A DNA stretch of 48,291 nucleotides, filler included, from an uncultured virus (IMG/VR IMGVR_UViG_2622736406_000002) (5 parts of one record of this genome joined end to end with filler, not necessarily neighbours in it), one strand, 5' to 3'. Numbered from the whole stretch's first letter, positions 21,542 through 30,997 are shown. The notes: generated from the sequence alone by a model not told the origin. Program-made: numbers and translations.

Positions 21542-23002
21542 TTACCATTCCTTCCCGACGGGCTCCTCCGGCGGGGTCCCGGCTATTTCCAAGCCGGCCA
21601 TCGGATCCGCCATCAGCCTGCTTTTCGTGTAGGTCTGTCCCCTGGCCGCTTCAATGGTTTCATCTGAGATTCGGCTAAAGATTCCTGTTTCCTCCCCCAT
21701 CGCCTGAAGTTCCTGCTGGGCAGTAGCTGCGTCAATCAGGTCATTCTGATATGCAGCCAGGATAGAATTTGTATTCCGCTCCGTAATTTCGGCCTGTTCC
21801 TTTGCATCGGCCGTCTGCATCGGCGGAAAATCGATCTCCAAATCATCCGGAATTTCTCCCAGGGCAGACAAAGCCATAAGGGGTAGAAGACGCTCAATCA
21901 CTGGCCTCAGCTCGTTTTCCCGCAATCCGTCTATGTAGTCATAGTAATTCTGCATATCACTTTCCCCGGTAGAGTTAAGCCCTGCCGGCGAGCGCCCGAA
22001 CAGCTTCGTCACCGGAATCCTGGCTGCTCCGGCCACATCCATCATCACCCGGTCATAAACCTCCGGAAGCCCTGTAAATGTATACTGAGTATTGTGAATC
22101 GCATCCCCCTTATTAATAATTCTCGTGCCGAAATTGCTCTCCATCATGGCCTGGGCGGCCATCACATTCCAGAAACGGCGCTGCATCTCCGTGTTAGCCG
22201 TTCCAAGCAGTTGGTCAAGCCCTTCCGTTTCCATGTAATTCACATTAGCACGAAAGGTCAGCGCTGCAATATTGGCAGCCACATTGTCCCGGCGCACTAC
22301 CTCATTATAAATTGCTTCAATCTCACTTTCCCCCCAGTACAGCTCTGCCACCTGTTCCATCCAGGGGAGTTCCCTGCCAATAAACCGGACAATACGACTG
22401 TGATGCACTCTTGCTGCCATGTACCCAGTGGTGTCATCTCGGATGGTGTAAAAAGCAGGTAAACCGTAATCCGGATCCGATGGTTCCTTTACAAGCTCCC
22501 CCTCCGGATAGACACCAGACCAGCGATCAAGAATCTGCATTCCCAGGAAGCTTCCAGGCAGCACTGCATCCAGGTCAAGGGGCTGGCTCAAATCATCCTG
22601 CCCTTTAACCAGTATCACCCCCACTGCTCCACCGTACAGACGTCCCCAGTACATACCAAGCAGCAGTCTTTTCCGCAGCTGTATTTTGCGTTCCAGTTTT
22701 GTCAGCTGGTCCATCTGCTCCGGAGTGATGCTGCTCTTAATCTGGTACCATTTTCGGATCATATCATTTGGAACGGTTGCTACAATATTTTGGATAATCC
22801 AGTTATCCCGATACATACTGGTCAGCAGTTCGTAATTCTGTGTCATCCGGGTCATAGGATAGGATGTACCATTCATCAAGTCCATTGTGCCCCATCCAAT
22901 CCGGGCAGCAGGATTAGAAAAGGCGTCCATCGTACTGACAGGCGCCTGATTTTCTATATTATGTTTTTCTGCCCGCTGCAGGGCTCGCTTTTTCTTTGTC
23001 AT
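21542..23002 (-). CDS. Portal protein (DUF1073 family)
   Basis: WGRLYGG, VHHSRIVRF, AGAARIPVTKLFGRSPAGLNSTGESDMQNYYD. Confidence 0.9.
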   Translation of the reverse strand: MTKKKRALQRAEKHNIENQAPVSTMDAFSNPAARIGWGTMDLMNGTSYPMTRMTQNYELLTSMYRDNWIIQNIVATVPNDMIRKWYQIKSSITPEQMDQLTKLERKIQLRKRLLLGMYWGRLYGGAVGVILVKGQDDLSQPLDLDAVLPGSFLGMQILDRWSGVYPEGELVKEPSDPDYGLPAFYTIRDDTTGYMAARVHHSRIVRFIGRELPWMEQVAELYWGESEIEAIYNEVVRRDNVAANIAALTFRANVNYMETEGLDQLLGTANTEMQRRFWNVMAAQAMMESNFGTRIINKGDAIHNTQYTFTGLPEVYDRVMMDVAGAARIPVTKLFGRSPAGLNSTGESDMQNYYDYIDGLRENELRPVIERLLPLMALSALGEIPDDLEIDFPPMQTADAKEQAEITERNTNSILAAYQNDLIDAATAQQELQAMGEETGIFSRISDETIEAARGQTYTKSRLMADPMAGLEIAGTPPEEPVGKEW

Positions 23003-23003
23003 G

Positions 23004-23518
23004 TTATGCTCCTATCCTCCATTTCGGCAGCGCATTAATTCGGTAGCGAAGGGCATCCGGGCCATGATCCTGCTGCTTAACCGGCTTCTCCTCTCCCCGT
23101 TCCGCAGCCTTCTCGTCCCACACATAGGACTGGTTCTCGGCGATCAGACCTTTGCAGTTGTTTCGGTTTATCTTAATTGCTCCTCTGGCATACATGGTAG
23201 ATACCTTTCTGATTCCGTCAAGCACCTCATTGTCTGCTGGCTTTACCACCCAGCCTCGGGAGCGAAGTTCCTGGATAAAAGAGGCTGCTGACGGATCAAC
23301 AATAATCGTACACTGATCTTCTGGCCGGCTGCCCATGAACTCTGCCATATCATCCGCATACTGTTTATCTGTCTTTTGCGAACTGCTCGTTCGCCTGGCC
23401 TCCTCTGAGCGGCTGTCCCAGCGGTACTCCCGATCTATCCAGATAGTCTGCCCATCGTCCCAGGTATCTAAAAACACACAGGGGTTTGTAGTTCCGTAAT
23501 CCACTGCAATCACACGGG
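23004..23518 (-). CDS. PBSX-type terminase large subunit, C-terminal nuclease domain
   Basis: AVDYGTTNP, IVDPSAASFI, YVWDEKA, KPVKQQDHGPDALRY. Confidence 0.9.
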
Positions 23519-23618
23519 NNNNNNNNNNNNNNNNNNNNNNNNNNNNNNNNNNNNNNNNNNNNTTAATTAATTAANNNNNNNNNNNNNNNNNNNNNNNNNN
23601 NNNNNNNNNNNNNNNNNN

Positions 23619-23847
23619 GATTGACTGTATCCTCAGCAGCTTTATTTTTTACATTTATTTTTTTCGCAACGTTGCGTTTCTTCTTTTGCAACGTTGCATT
23701 CGATTTATCATCCCAGTTATACCTGTTCTTCCAGCTTCGGACCGTCCCTTCCGACAGATTTAGTTGACTTGCAATCTCAACCAACTTCATACCTTTCAGA
23801 TACATGGCCCGCGCCTGTTCGATTCTTTTATCTGGCGCTCTGGCCAT
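23619..23847 (-). CDS. Terminase small subunit, N-terminal HTH
   Basis: MARAPD...LVEIASQLNLSEGTVRSWKNRYNW. Confidence 0.85.
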
Positions 23848-23886
23848 GTGCGATCACCTCATAATCATAACAAATTATCAAATAGG

Positions 23887-23908
23887 AAAAAGCGCCCTCT
23901 CAGGCGCT
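23887..23908 (-). terminator. Intrinsic terminator
   Basis: Minus strand AGCGCC-TGAGAG-GGCGCT followed by TTTT. Confidence 0.6.
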
Positions 23909-23914
23909 CTCTCC

Positions 23915-24124
23915 TTACTTCCTATTCTTTTCCTCCTGCTCTTTCGCAAATGAAAGCATCAGCTCTGTAATCTGTGCGGCCTGGCTGACTCCTGCCGCCT
24001 CGCAGGCCCTCTCAAAGCGATCTGCTACATCTCGCTTGATTTTAAAGCCCTTTGTCATGTAGCCAGCCTTCTTTTGATACTTCTCAGATGCTATTGTCTG
24101 CGCGTTTGGCTTACCTATTGGCAT
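23915..24124 (-). CDS. Small RHH-like DNA-binding protein (69 aa)
   Basis: MPIGKPNAQTIASEKYQKKAGYMTKGFKIKRDVADRFERACEAAGVSQAAQITELML. Confidence 0.7.
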   Translation of the reverse strand: MPIGKPNAQTIASEKYQKKAGYMTKGFKIKRDVADRFERACEAAGVSQAAQITELMLSFAKEQEEKNRK

Positions 24125-24234
24125 TTTCTTTTCTCCCTCCATATTTCCCGGATTATTTGTACTGTACAGTATGCAGCCTTTCCGAAATAGATAGCCGCAA
24201 GAAAAACCAATGCTATTCTTATAATTTCTTTCAT
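24115..24234 (-). CDS. Single-TM microprotein (39 aa)
   Basis: MKEIIRIALVFLAAIYFGKAAYCTVQIIREIWREKRKCQ; overlaps the RHH start and contains its RBS. It has no obvious SD of its own. Confidence 0.5.
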   Translation of the reverse strand: MKEIIRIALVFLAAIYFGKAAYCTVQIIREIWREKRKCQ

Positions 24235-24296
24235 ATTGTTTTCTACAGATGAGTATGATATACTTGTAAGAGAAGGGCTTTCGCCCCTCTCCGCTA

Positions 24297-24419
24297 CTAT
24301 TCCAGTAGCTTAGAAACTATCGCGGCGGTTATCGCCACAATCAAGTCCTTTAGCAGTTCAGCCAGCCAAGCTTTCAATCTGCTATGGGACTTTTTCTTTT
24401 TTCGGCTTTCGCCTCTCAT
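24297..24419 (-). CDS. Basic-N-terminus, single-TM microprotein (40 aa), toxin-like
   Basis: MRGESRKKKKSHSRLKAWLAELLKDLIVAITAAIVSKLLE; RBS AAGGAGGTGA. Confidence 0.7.
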   Translation of the reverse strand: MRGESRKKKKSHSRLKAWLAELLKDLIVAITAAIVSKLLE

Positions 24420-24445
24420 CTGTATCTCACCTCCTTACATTATGT

Positions 24446-24474
24446 ATTATATCATAGGGTTTACCATATGTCAA
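24446..24474 (-). promoter_or_regulatory. Consensus sigma-A promoter with palindromic operator
   Basis: TTGACA-17-TATAAT; the spacer holds the imperfect palindrome CATATGGT-AA-ACCCTATG. Confidence 0.8.
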
Positions 24475-24536
24475 GTGTTTTATATACTTTATCTAGCGTT
24501 TTATCAACATTTTTATCAACATATTGTGTATAAATC

Positions 24537-24565
24537 AAAAAAAACACCCGGAATAAATCCGGGTG
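24537..24565 (-). terminator. Intrinsic terminator downstream of the tRNA
   Basis: CACCCGGA-TTTAT-TCCGGGTG followed by T8. Confidence 0.7.
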
Positions 24566-24611
24566 AAAAACAAAAGGAAAGTTTATGGGGTAGCAGGCTT
24601 CCGTCTGCCAA

Positions 24612-24684
24612 CGGATCCTCCAGGAATCGAACCTGGGACTTGATGATTAACGGCCATCTGCTCTACCAACTGAGCTAAAGATCC
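24612..24684 (-). tRNA. Phage tRNA-Asn(GTT), 73 nt, no encoded CCA
   Basis: GGATCTT TA GCTC AGTTGGTA GAGC A GATGG CCGTTAA TCATC AAGTC CCAGG TTCGATT CCTGG AGGATCC G folds as a cloverleaf. Confidence 0.85.
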
Positions 24685-24764
24685 ATCTTGCCGGGAATTC
24701 CCGGCGTTTAATGTAAATTAGGGGAGGAAAGCCGCCGGCCTAAATGCCTTTGGCTTCATGGTAC

Positions 24765-24808
24765 ACTATAACATTTTAAAAACGGAAAAACAGGAAAAAC
24801 GGAAAAAC
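24765..24808 (-). promoter_or_regulatory. Probable late promoter with activator-binding repeats
   Basis: Three ggaaaaac repeats (24784, 24793, 24801) replace the -35; extended -10 TGtTATAGT; immediately after the regulator's stop codon. Confidence 0.6.
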
Positions 24809-25177
24809 TTATGCAGCTTTCATAAAAGCCTCAAATTCTTTTCTAACACTGTCCGCAGTCGCCTTCCTTCCCATCCTGACAGCCACCTGTCCCCAGGTCA
24901 TCTCCTCAAAAATCTTATACCGAATGATCCGCTGCATCCTCGGAGATATTGTATTCAGCCAAACCTCAACCTGTCGTCTAATCTGTTCTGCATTCTGAAT
25001 CCTCTTTGCCAGAAGCTCCTCCATTCGTTCCAGTTCGTCCGGATCCTTTACTACCGCATACCCAAGCCCCTCCATGTGGTAGGTCTGAAGCGTATACGGG
25101 AACTCATGGGATGAGCCCTTCACACTGTCCTGCTGTATCTGGATCCGGCGTTTCCTCAGCTTCTTTATCTCCTCCTT
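24809..25177 (-). CDS. Late transcriptional activator (ArpU/RinA/sigma-region-4-like), C-terminal part
   Basis: MQRIIRYKIFEEMTWGQVAVRMG HTH; last early gene before the packaging module. Confidence 0.75.
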   Translation of the reverse strand, partial: KEEIKKLRKRRIQIQQDSVKGSSHEFPYTLQTYHMEGLGYAVVKDPDELERMEELLAKRIQNAEQIRRQVEVWLNTISPRMQRIIRYKIFEEMTWGQVAVRMGRKATADSVRKEFEAFMKAA

Positions 25178-25943
25178 NNNNNNNNNNNNNNNNNNNNNNN
25201 NNNNNNNNNNNNNNNNNNNNNNNNNNNNNNNNNNNNNNNNNNNNNNNNNNNNNNNNNNNNNNNNNNNNNNNNNNNNNNNNNNNNNNNNNNNNNNNNNNNN
25301 NNNNNNNNNNNNNNNNNNNNNNNNNNNNNNNNNNNNNNNNNNNNNNNNNNNNNNNNNNNNNNNNNNNNNNNNNNNNNNNNNNNNNNNNNNNNNNNNNNNN
25401 NNNNNNNNNNNNNNNNNNNNNNNNNNNNNNNNNNNNNNNNNNNNNNNNNNNNNNNNNNNNNNNNNNNNNNNNNNNNNNNNNNNNNNNNNNNNNNNNNNNN
25501 NNNNNNNNNNNNNNNNNNNNNNNNNNNNNNNNNNNNNNNNNNNNNNNNNNNNNNNNNNNNNNNNNNNNNNNNNNNNNNNNNNNNNNNNNNNNNNNNNNNN
25601 NNNNNNNNNNNNNNNNNNNNNNNNNNNNNNNNNNNNNNNNNNNNNNNNNNNNNNNNNNNNNNNNNNNNNNNNNNNNNNNNNNNNNNNNNNNNNNNNNNNN
25701 NNNNNNNNNNNNNNNNNNNNNNNNNNNNNNNNNNNNNNNNNNNNNNNNNNNNNNNNNNNNNNNNNNNNNNNNNNNNNNNNNNNNNNNNNNNNNNNNNNNN
25801 NNNNNNNNNNNNNNNNNNNNNNNNNNNNNNNNNNNNNNNNNNNNNNNNNNNNNNNNNNNNNNNNNNNNNNNNNNNNNNNNNNNNNNNNNNNNNNNNNNNN
25901 NNNNNNNNNNNNNNNNNNNNNNNNNNNNNNNNNNNNNNNNNNN

Positions 25944-26436
25944 CGTCCATTCCGCTCCTATTCGGTTTCTTCGGTTTCTGCTTCTCCATAGCTTCCCGGC
26001 ACTCTTCTAGCGTGCCAATATCCCTGTAATGTTTCAATTCAATTAAGTTTTTTATAAATTCCAGATCTATTCCATCTTCTCCGCATTTATCTGAATCTTC
26101 ACTAATTACTACCATCAGATCCGTAAGTTCTTCTATGGTTCCAAGCTTACGGTAAGCGTCCCACTTGTCTACATCCTCATCCGTCAATAATCGGGACTTT
26201 TTCGGACTTCCAATATCTACTCCTGGATGCTTACATAATCCTTCTACAGCCATTTCAAGAAGCCCGTCACAGTCTCCATACGTCTCCCGGAGCTTTCTGT
26301 CCATTTCCTGGTACTGCTGGATTTCTTCCAAAGCTTTTATCGCCGTTTCAAAAGCAACCGCATAATCAAGCGGATAATCCCATTCAACTTCGGCAATGGC
26401 AATCTCTATAACTTTGATCGCTTCTTTCTCTATCAT
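25944..26436 (-). CDS. Phage hypothetical protein (3' end in gap)
   Basis: AIKALEEIQQY...YRDIGTLEECREAMEKQKPKKP, typical early accessory gene. Confidence 0.65.
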
Positions 26437-26458
26437 TCCCCTGCTCCTTCCTCTACTG

Positions 26459-26752
26459 CTATTTTATAAGTTCGTCAGTTACAGTGTTGAACAGTTTACA
26501 ATACGGAGTGATACTGATTATTTTTCCCGTAGCTTCTCGCTCCCTTAAAACAACATCTGCAACCGTGTATTTCTTATCAGGTGTAACAAAACCATTATCC
26601 TTTACGTATTTTTGCATCTCTTTCAGGGCTTTCCTTTTATCCTCGTCATAGAATATGCAGATATATTTTGGCTCTCCGCAATATCCGATAACAGGTTTAT
26701 AATGCTCATACTGCTCCAAAAGCACGTCATAAACTATTGTCATTTCTCTCAC
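26459..26752 (-). CDS. Phage hypothetical protein
   Basis: 97-aa ORF coupled to its neighbours. Confidence 0.6.
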   Translation of the reverse strand: MREMTIVYDVLLEQYEHYKPVIGYCGEPKYICIFYDEDKRKALKEMQKYVKDNGFVTPDKKYTVADVVLREREATGKIISITPYCKLFNTVTDELIK

Positions 26753-27048
26753 ACTCCTTCATACGGTTCTGGAAGCGGCTGCCAGGCGATCACGCAATCA
26801 GGTTCATCCCATATACCATTTTCTATCCCGCACATTCCTGTGAATGGCTCTTCCTGTCCGACTAAATCGCCAGTAAATGTGCAAAGATATGTTCCATCTT
26901 CCGGCATCCGTTCCTCCACCGGAATCCAGCCGTCTTTGGCAGGGACATCTGTGTCCTTACCAGATATGTACTTGCGGATGATGCCCTTCGCTATATTCAT
27001 CCCATAGCAGAGATCCGTTACTTTTTCGTCAATATACGGATTTTCCAC
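26749..27048 (-). CDS. DUF551 domain protein
   Basis: WIPVEERMPE...VIAWQPLPEPY. Confidence 0.85.
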   Translation of the reverse strand: MENPYIDEKVTDLCYGMNIAKGIIRKYISGKDTDVPAKDGWIPVEERMPEDGTYLCTFTGDLVGQEEPFTGMCGIENGIWDEPDCVIAWQPLPEPYEGV

Positions 27049-27616
27049 ATACCTTTCTATTGTTTNNNNNNNNNNNNNNNNNNNNNNNNNNNNNNNNNNN
27101 NNNNNNNNNNNNNNNNNNNNNNNNNNNNNNNNNNNNNNNNNNNNNNNNNNNNNNNNNNNNNNNNNNNNNNNNNNNNNNNNNNNNNNNNNNNNNNNNNNNN
27201 NNNNNNNNNNNNNNNNNNNNNNNNNNNNNNNNNNNNNNNNNNNNNNNNNNNNNNNNNNNNNNNNNNNNNNNNNNNNNNNNNNNNNNNNNNNNNNNNNNNN
27301 NNNNNNNNNNNNNNNNNNNNNNNNNNNNNNNNNNNNNNNNNNNNNNNNNNNNNNNNNNNNNNNNNNNNNNNNNNNNNNNNNNNNNNNNNNNNNNNNNNNN
27401 NNNNNNNNNNNNNNNNNNNNNNNNNNNNNNNNNNNNNNNNNNNNNNNNNNNNNNNNNNNNNNNNNNNNNNNNNNNNNNNNNNNNNNNNNNNNNNNNNNNN
27501 NNNNNNNNNNNNNNNNNNNNNNNNNNNNNNNNNNNNNNNNNNNNNNNNNNNNNNNNNNNNNNNNNNNNNNNNNNNNNNNNNNNNNNNNNNNNNNNNNNNN
27601 NNNNNNNNNNNNNNNN

Positions 27617-28196
27617 GAAATCGTCCACGGTATAACCAGCGCGCAGCCTGGCCCGGACTGCCTTCTTTCTTGCTTCTGACATCTTCACCAGGCGGGGATA
27701 CGACCCGCAGACGGAGTTGTATAACTCTCGAATCGTGGCAATCTGGTCAGAAAAGGCGTCCGTCTTTTCTGGTAATCCGTCAGGATTACTCTTTTGCTGT
27801 TTTGTTTATTTTTATTGTTTATTATGTCTACGCTTTGTATTACGGGATATACTTCGGGTTGTACTACGGGATATACTTCGGGTTGTACTTTCAAATTGTA
27901 AGTATATTCCGTAGCTAATGAGATAAGGCGGTAACGCCCCGGGACCCCTTTACGTCCCTTCTGGTATTCTACCAGCCATGCATTCACAAGCCGGTCCCTG
28001 CTCTCTGTCAGGGATGCTTCTCTTGCTATCTGCAGGGACACCATCAAGCGGCGGTTATCTACTTGCGTCCATTCCGGCCAGCCGGCCCTGCTGCTCAGGA
28101 TACAGCACGCTTGTACCACAAAAGCTGCGTCAGGGTGGGGAGGGAATGGGTTTCGAGCCACCGCTCAAATCCGTTAATCTCTGCGATATAATTCAA
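27617..28196 (-). CDS. Phage replication initiator (frameshifted, 3' end in gap)
   Basis: TTG start MNYIAEINGFERWLETH..LLWYK; internal iterons; KAVRARLRAGYTVDDF (conserved phage C-terminal domain). Confidence 0.7.
27841..27888. repeat. 24-bp tandem repeat (iterons) next to an AT-rich tract: phage origin
   Basis: tacgggatatacttcgggttgtac twice, AT-rich tract about 27795-27830. Confidence 0.7.
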
Positions 28197-28325
28197 GGCT
28201 CTCCCGCCTTTCTTTTTTGAGTAGCCGGGGTACGGTCAAGTCCCCGGCCGGTTGTATCACCAATGGCATCATCGTTCGTGATATATCATAGATTCCTGCC
28301 ACGGAGGTCTGTTTTTTGCCTCTCA

Positions 28326-29211
28326 TTAGTCATCAAAGAAGGCATCCTCTACACTTTTCGCCCCCTCTTTTCTGCTCGGTTCCTCCTGAATTTCCGGTTT
28401 CATTTCCTCCTTCACCGGTTCATATTCCATCTGCGCCTCCAGTGGTTCCGTTTCCACATACTCCTTTTTACCGTCCTCCTGAATAACTGCCATATCCGCA
28501 TCCAGAGCGGTCACCAGATCAATGCTCATGATTCCCCACTTGCTGATCAGCTGCCGGAGCATCGTCTTGTAGGCCATAGAGTCAAAATCCTTTGCCCAGA
28601 AGGTCCATTTTGTATGCTTCTCCAGATCCTTTTTATATCCTGGACTGAATTTCTTCGCATGGGCTGCCATCTTCTCCCGGCTCCAGTAAATAGCCTTCCT
28701 GAAACCATTGGTATACTCAAACATGGCATAGTAGCCGATGGTTTCCGCCTCTTCTCTGACAAGCTCGTCCTCAATTAAACGGACTTCTATCTCTTCGTTC
28801 AAGGGGTCAAAATGGACCAGCTCCCCTTCCTTGATCGCAAGGACATTCAGCTTTTTGTACTGGCCGCTTCGAATTGCCAGCTGAATGTACCCTTTGTAAC
28901 CCATCTGGAACTGTGCTTCCTTCACTCCCTTGCTCTTGTTATCATAGGGGACCAGATAATACTGCCCCAGCTGGGGGCTTGGAGAAAGGTTCAGTGATTC
29001 CCCCAGAAGCGCGGCACTCAGAATACTGGGATTCGTACATTCCTGCAGCGCCGGCGTTGCCTGCACTGCTGATACGATACTGGAAATAAAACGGGGCCCG
29101 TTTTTTCCTCCAATAATACTGTTAATCTGATTCCTGACGGCATCCTGGGCCAGGTATGCGGTCAATCCCTGTTTCGTGTTTCCTTTTTGCCAGACTGTTC
29201 TGTACTGCCAT
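28326..29211 (-). CDS. recT: RecT family recombinase (frameshift near start)
   Basis: MAVQNSLAK..., LSPSPQLGQYYLVPY, AQFQMGYKGYIQLAIRSGQY, MAYKTMLRQL. Confidence 0.92.
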
Positions 29212-29224
29212 CTATATATTCCTC

Positions 29225-30148
29225 CTATTTCTCCGGAACCCGCTCAAATCGGATTCTGTTCTCCTTCAGATACCTTCTCAATCCTGTCAGCTGCTCAGCT
29301 GTCGCATGGACACGGAAATCCAGGATATGAACCGGCTTCTCCACCACTTCTTCCTCTGTCTTCTGTTCTGCAGCACAAGTTTCTTCTCTCACTCCTGCTG
29401 CCAGATTCCCGTTCTGTTCCCGGGGCTTCTCTTCCCTTCCTGCGGCTATTACCCGGGAAGCCTCTTCTTTCCTTCTGGCTTCCCGTTCCGCCCTTTCCTT
29501 TTCCTGGGCTGCGGCGTACTCCTTCCGCCTCTGCTCTGCAGCAGCCAGGCGGTTTCCTTCTGCCAGCGCAGTATTCAGGTCATAGCTTTTCAAAAAGCTC
29601 TCCTTCATCTCCTCTGCATAGGGGCTGTCTATTTCATTGAGAACTGCAAGCCCTTCCGCCACTTGCTGAATTTTTCCTGTAATCTCCTCCCGGATGGATT
29701 TCAGCGTGGTTCCTGCATTGGCAAATTCCGGGCGGAACACACGCTCAAACGGCAGATATTTTTCCAGATCCTGAATGTTGTCCTCATAGATCTCCCGTAC
29801 CTTTTTCGTTTTTTCTTCCCTCTGGCGCCGCTCATAATCCTTAATCTGAGCGTCGATGTTTTCAATCGCTCCCTGAATGATTCCGGTCAGTTCTTTTACC
29901 TCTCTTCCAAACTGCTCGTCCGGCGCAAGAAGCTTCTTCCGGATCTCCGTCCGTTTCCCGTTTAAAGCATCCACAAATTTATTCAGTTTTGCCCGATCTG
30001 CCTTCGCACCACGGATATTTTCATCGGTATAGACAGACGCAGCGTACTCCTGAGAGGCAGCAGTAATCTCCGCCTTCAGTTCCTCAAAATTCCACTCGAT
30101 GCTGGTCAAAAATCCGTTGTCCTGCGGATTATAGATTTTTAATTCCAT
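29225..30148 (-). CDS. DUF1351 family protein
   Basis: IEWNFEELK, AKADRAKLNK, IDAQIKDYE; between yqaJ and recT. Confidence 0.85.
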   Translation of the reverse strand: MELKIYNPQDNGFLTSIEWNFEELKAEITAASQEYAASVYTDENIRGAKADRAKLNKFVDALNGKRTEIRKKLLAPDEQFGREVKELTGIIQGAIENIDAQIKDYERRQREEKTKKVREIYEDNIQDLEKYLPFERVFRPEFANAGTTLKSIREEITGKIQQVAEGLAVLNEIDSPYAEEMKESFLKSYDLNTALAEGNRLAAAEQRRKEYAAAQEKERAEREARRKEEASRVIAAGREEKPREQNGNLAAGVREETCAAEQKTEEEVVEKPVHILDFRVHATAEQLTGLRRYLKENRIRFERVPEK

Positions 30149-30172
30149 TTCTCCTCCTTTTTTGAAACTTCC

Positions 30173-30246
30173 TCAAATCACCGGAAGAATCAGATCCGGC
30201 CGACGGCCTGACTGCACACAGTCCCAGAACCGCTTCTCTGCCTCGA
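30173..30246 (-). pseudogene. 3' remnant of a YqaJ-type exonuclease
   Basis: EAEKRFWDCVQSGRRPDLILPVI*, YqaJ-like C-terminus, in the expected place upstream of DUF1351 and recT. Confidence 0.65.
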
Positions 30247-30782
30247 TTTAAATATAAAAGATTTCTTGGATCCTCTCTTCTTGTATGATTATTTAAATCC
30301 GAATTACCTTGGCACGGTGGCCCTCCAATTAGGATATCTACTTCCCCAACCAAGTTAATAAAACTCTTTTCTGCTTCAGAAATTTCTGCCCCTATTTCTG
30401 AATCTATTTGATTTTCAATCGGTTCTGAAATAACATGATGTGGTTTAAAATTCTCTTTATAAACTTGAAGTGCAACAGGATCCATATCGGCTCCCAAGAC
30501 AGGCACAAACCTGTAGTCTAACGCCCTACATGCCTCTGCTATTCCCAAGCTCATTCCTCCGCACCCGCAAAATAGATCAACCACACGAATATCGCCTCTG
30601 GTCTCCAATAGTTCCGGCTTCGTCTTGCATTGAAGCCATCTTTGAAAGAAATCGTCATTAGATGTTAATACTATTCCTTCATGGAGATTATCTATATGGA
30701 TTGAAGAAACATAAGAATTTCCATTTTGAAATTCAATTCTCCTGATCAGCTCATTGTTCCTATATGTGTATATGTATTGCAT
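30247..30782 (-). pseudogene. Truncated C5-cytosine DNA methyltransferase
   Basis: Motif I DLFCGCGG and motif IV GGPPCQG present; motif VI (ENV) and everything after are missing; lower GC. Confidence 0.85.
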
Positions 30783-30796
30783 GTATTTACCTTCTA

Positions 30797-30997
30797 TTAG
30801 TTTATTGCGCTTTTGCCACTATTTACCCAGTCATCCAGTTCTGACCGTTTAAATTTCCACTGCTTGCCAATTTTATGAGCTGGAATTCCTTTTTCTTTTC
30901 GGATCCAATCGCGTATTGTTCCAGGTTTCACTCCTAGATATTCAGCAGCATCATCAATATTTATCCATTTATCACTATTGCTTACATTCGCCATCAT
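30797..30997 (-). CDS. Excisionase-like (HTH_17) regulator
   Basis: KWINIDDAAEYLGVKPGTIRDWIRK..IPAHKIGKQWKFKRSELDDW. Confidence 0.85.
   Translation of the reverse strand: MMANVSNSDKWINIDDAAEYLGVKPGTIRDWIRKEKGIPAHKIGKQWKFKRSELDDWVNSGKSAIN

Larger units (their letters stand above)
527..30246 (-). mobile_element. Myovirus-type (Xkd/PBSX-like tail) prophage, probably defective because the early arm is cut inside yqaJ
   Basis: Canonical order recT-rep-late regulator-terS-terL-portal-head-tail-baseplate-holin-endolysin-att. No integrase or CI-type repressor is visible in it. Confidence 0.9.

Noticed and set aside
21542..23002. DUF1073 protein as an anti-CBASS (Acb1) factor
   Set aside because: Size, motifs and position after terL identify it as the portal; no separate phosphoesterase domain is evident.
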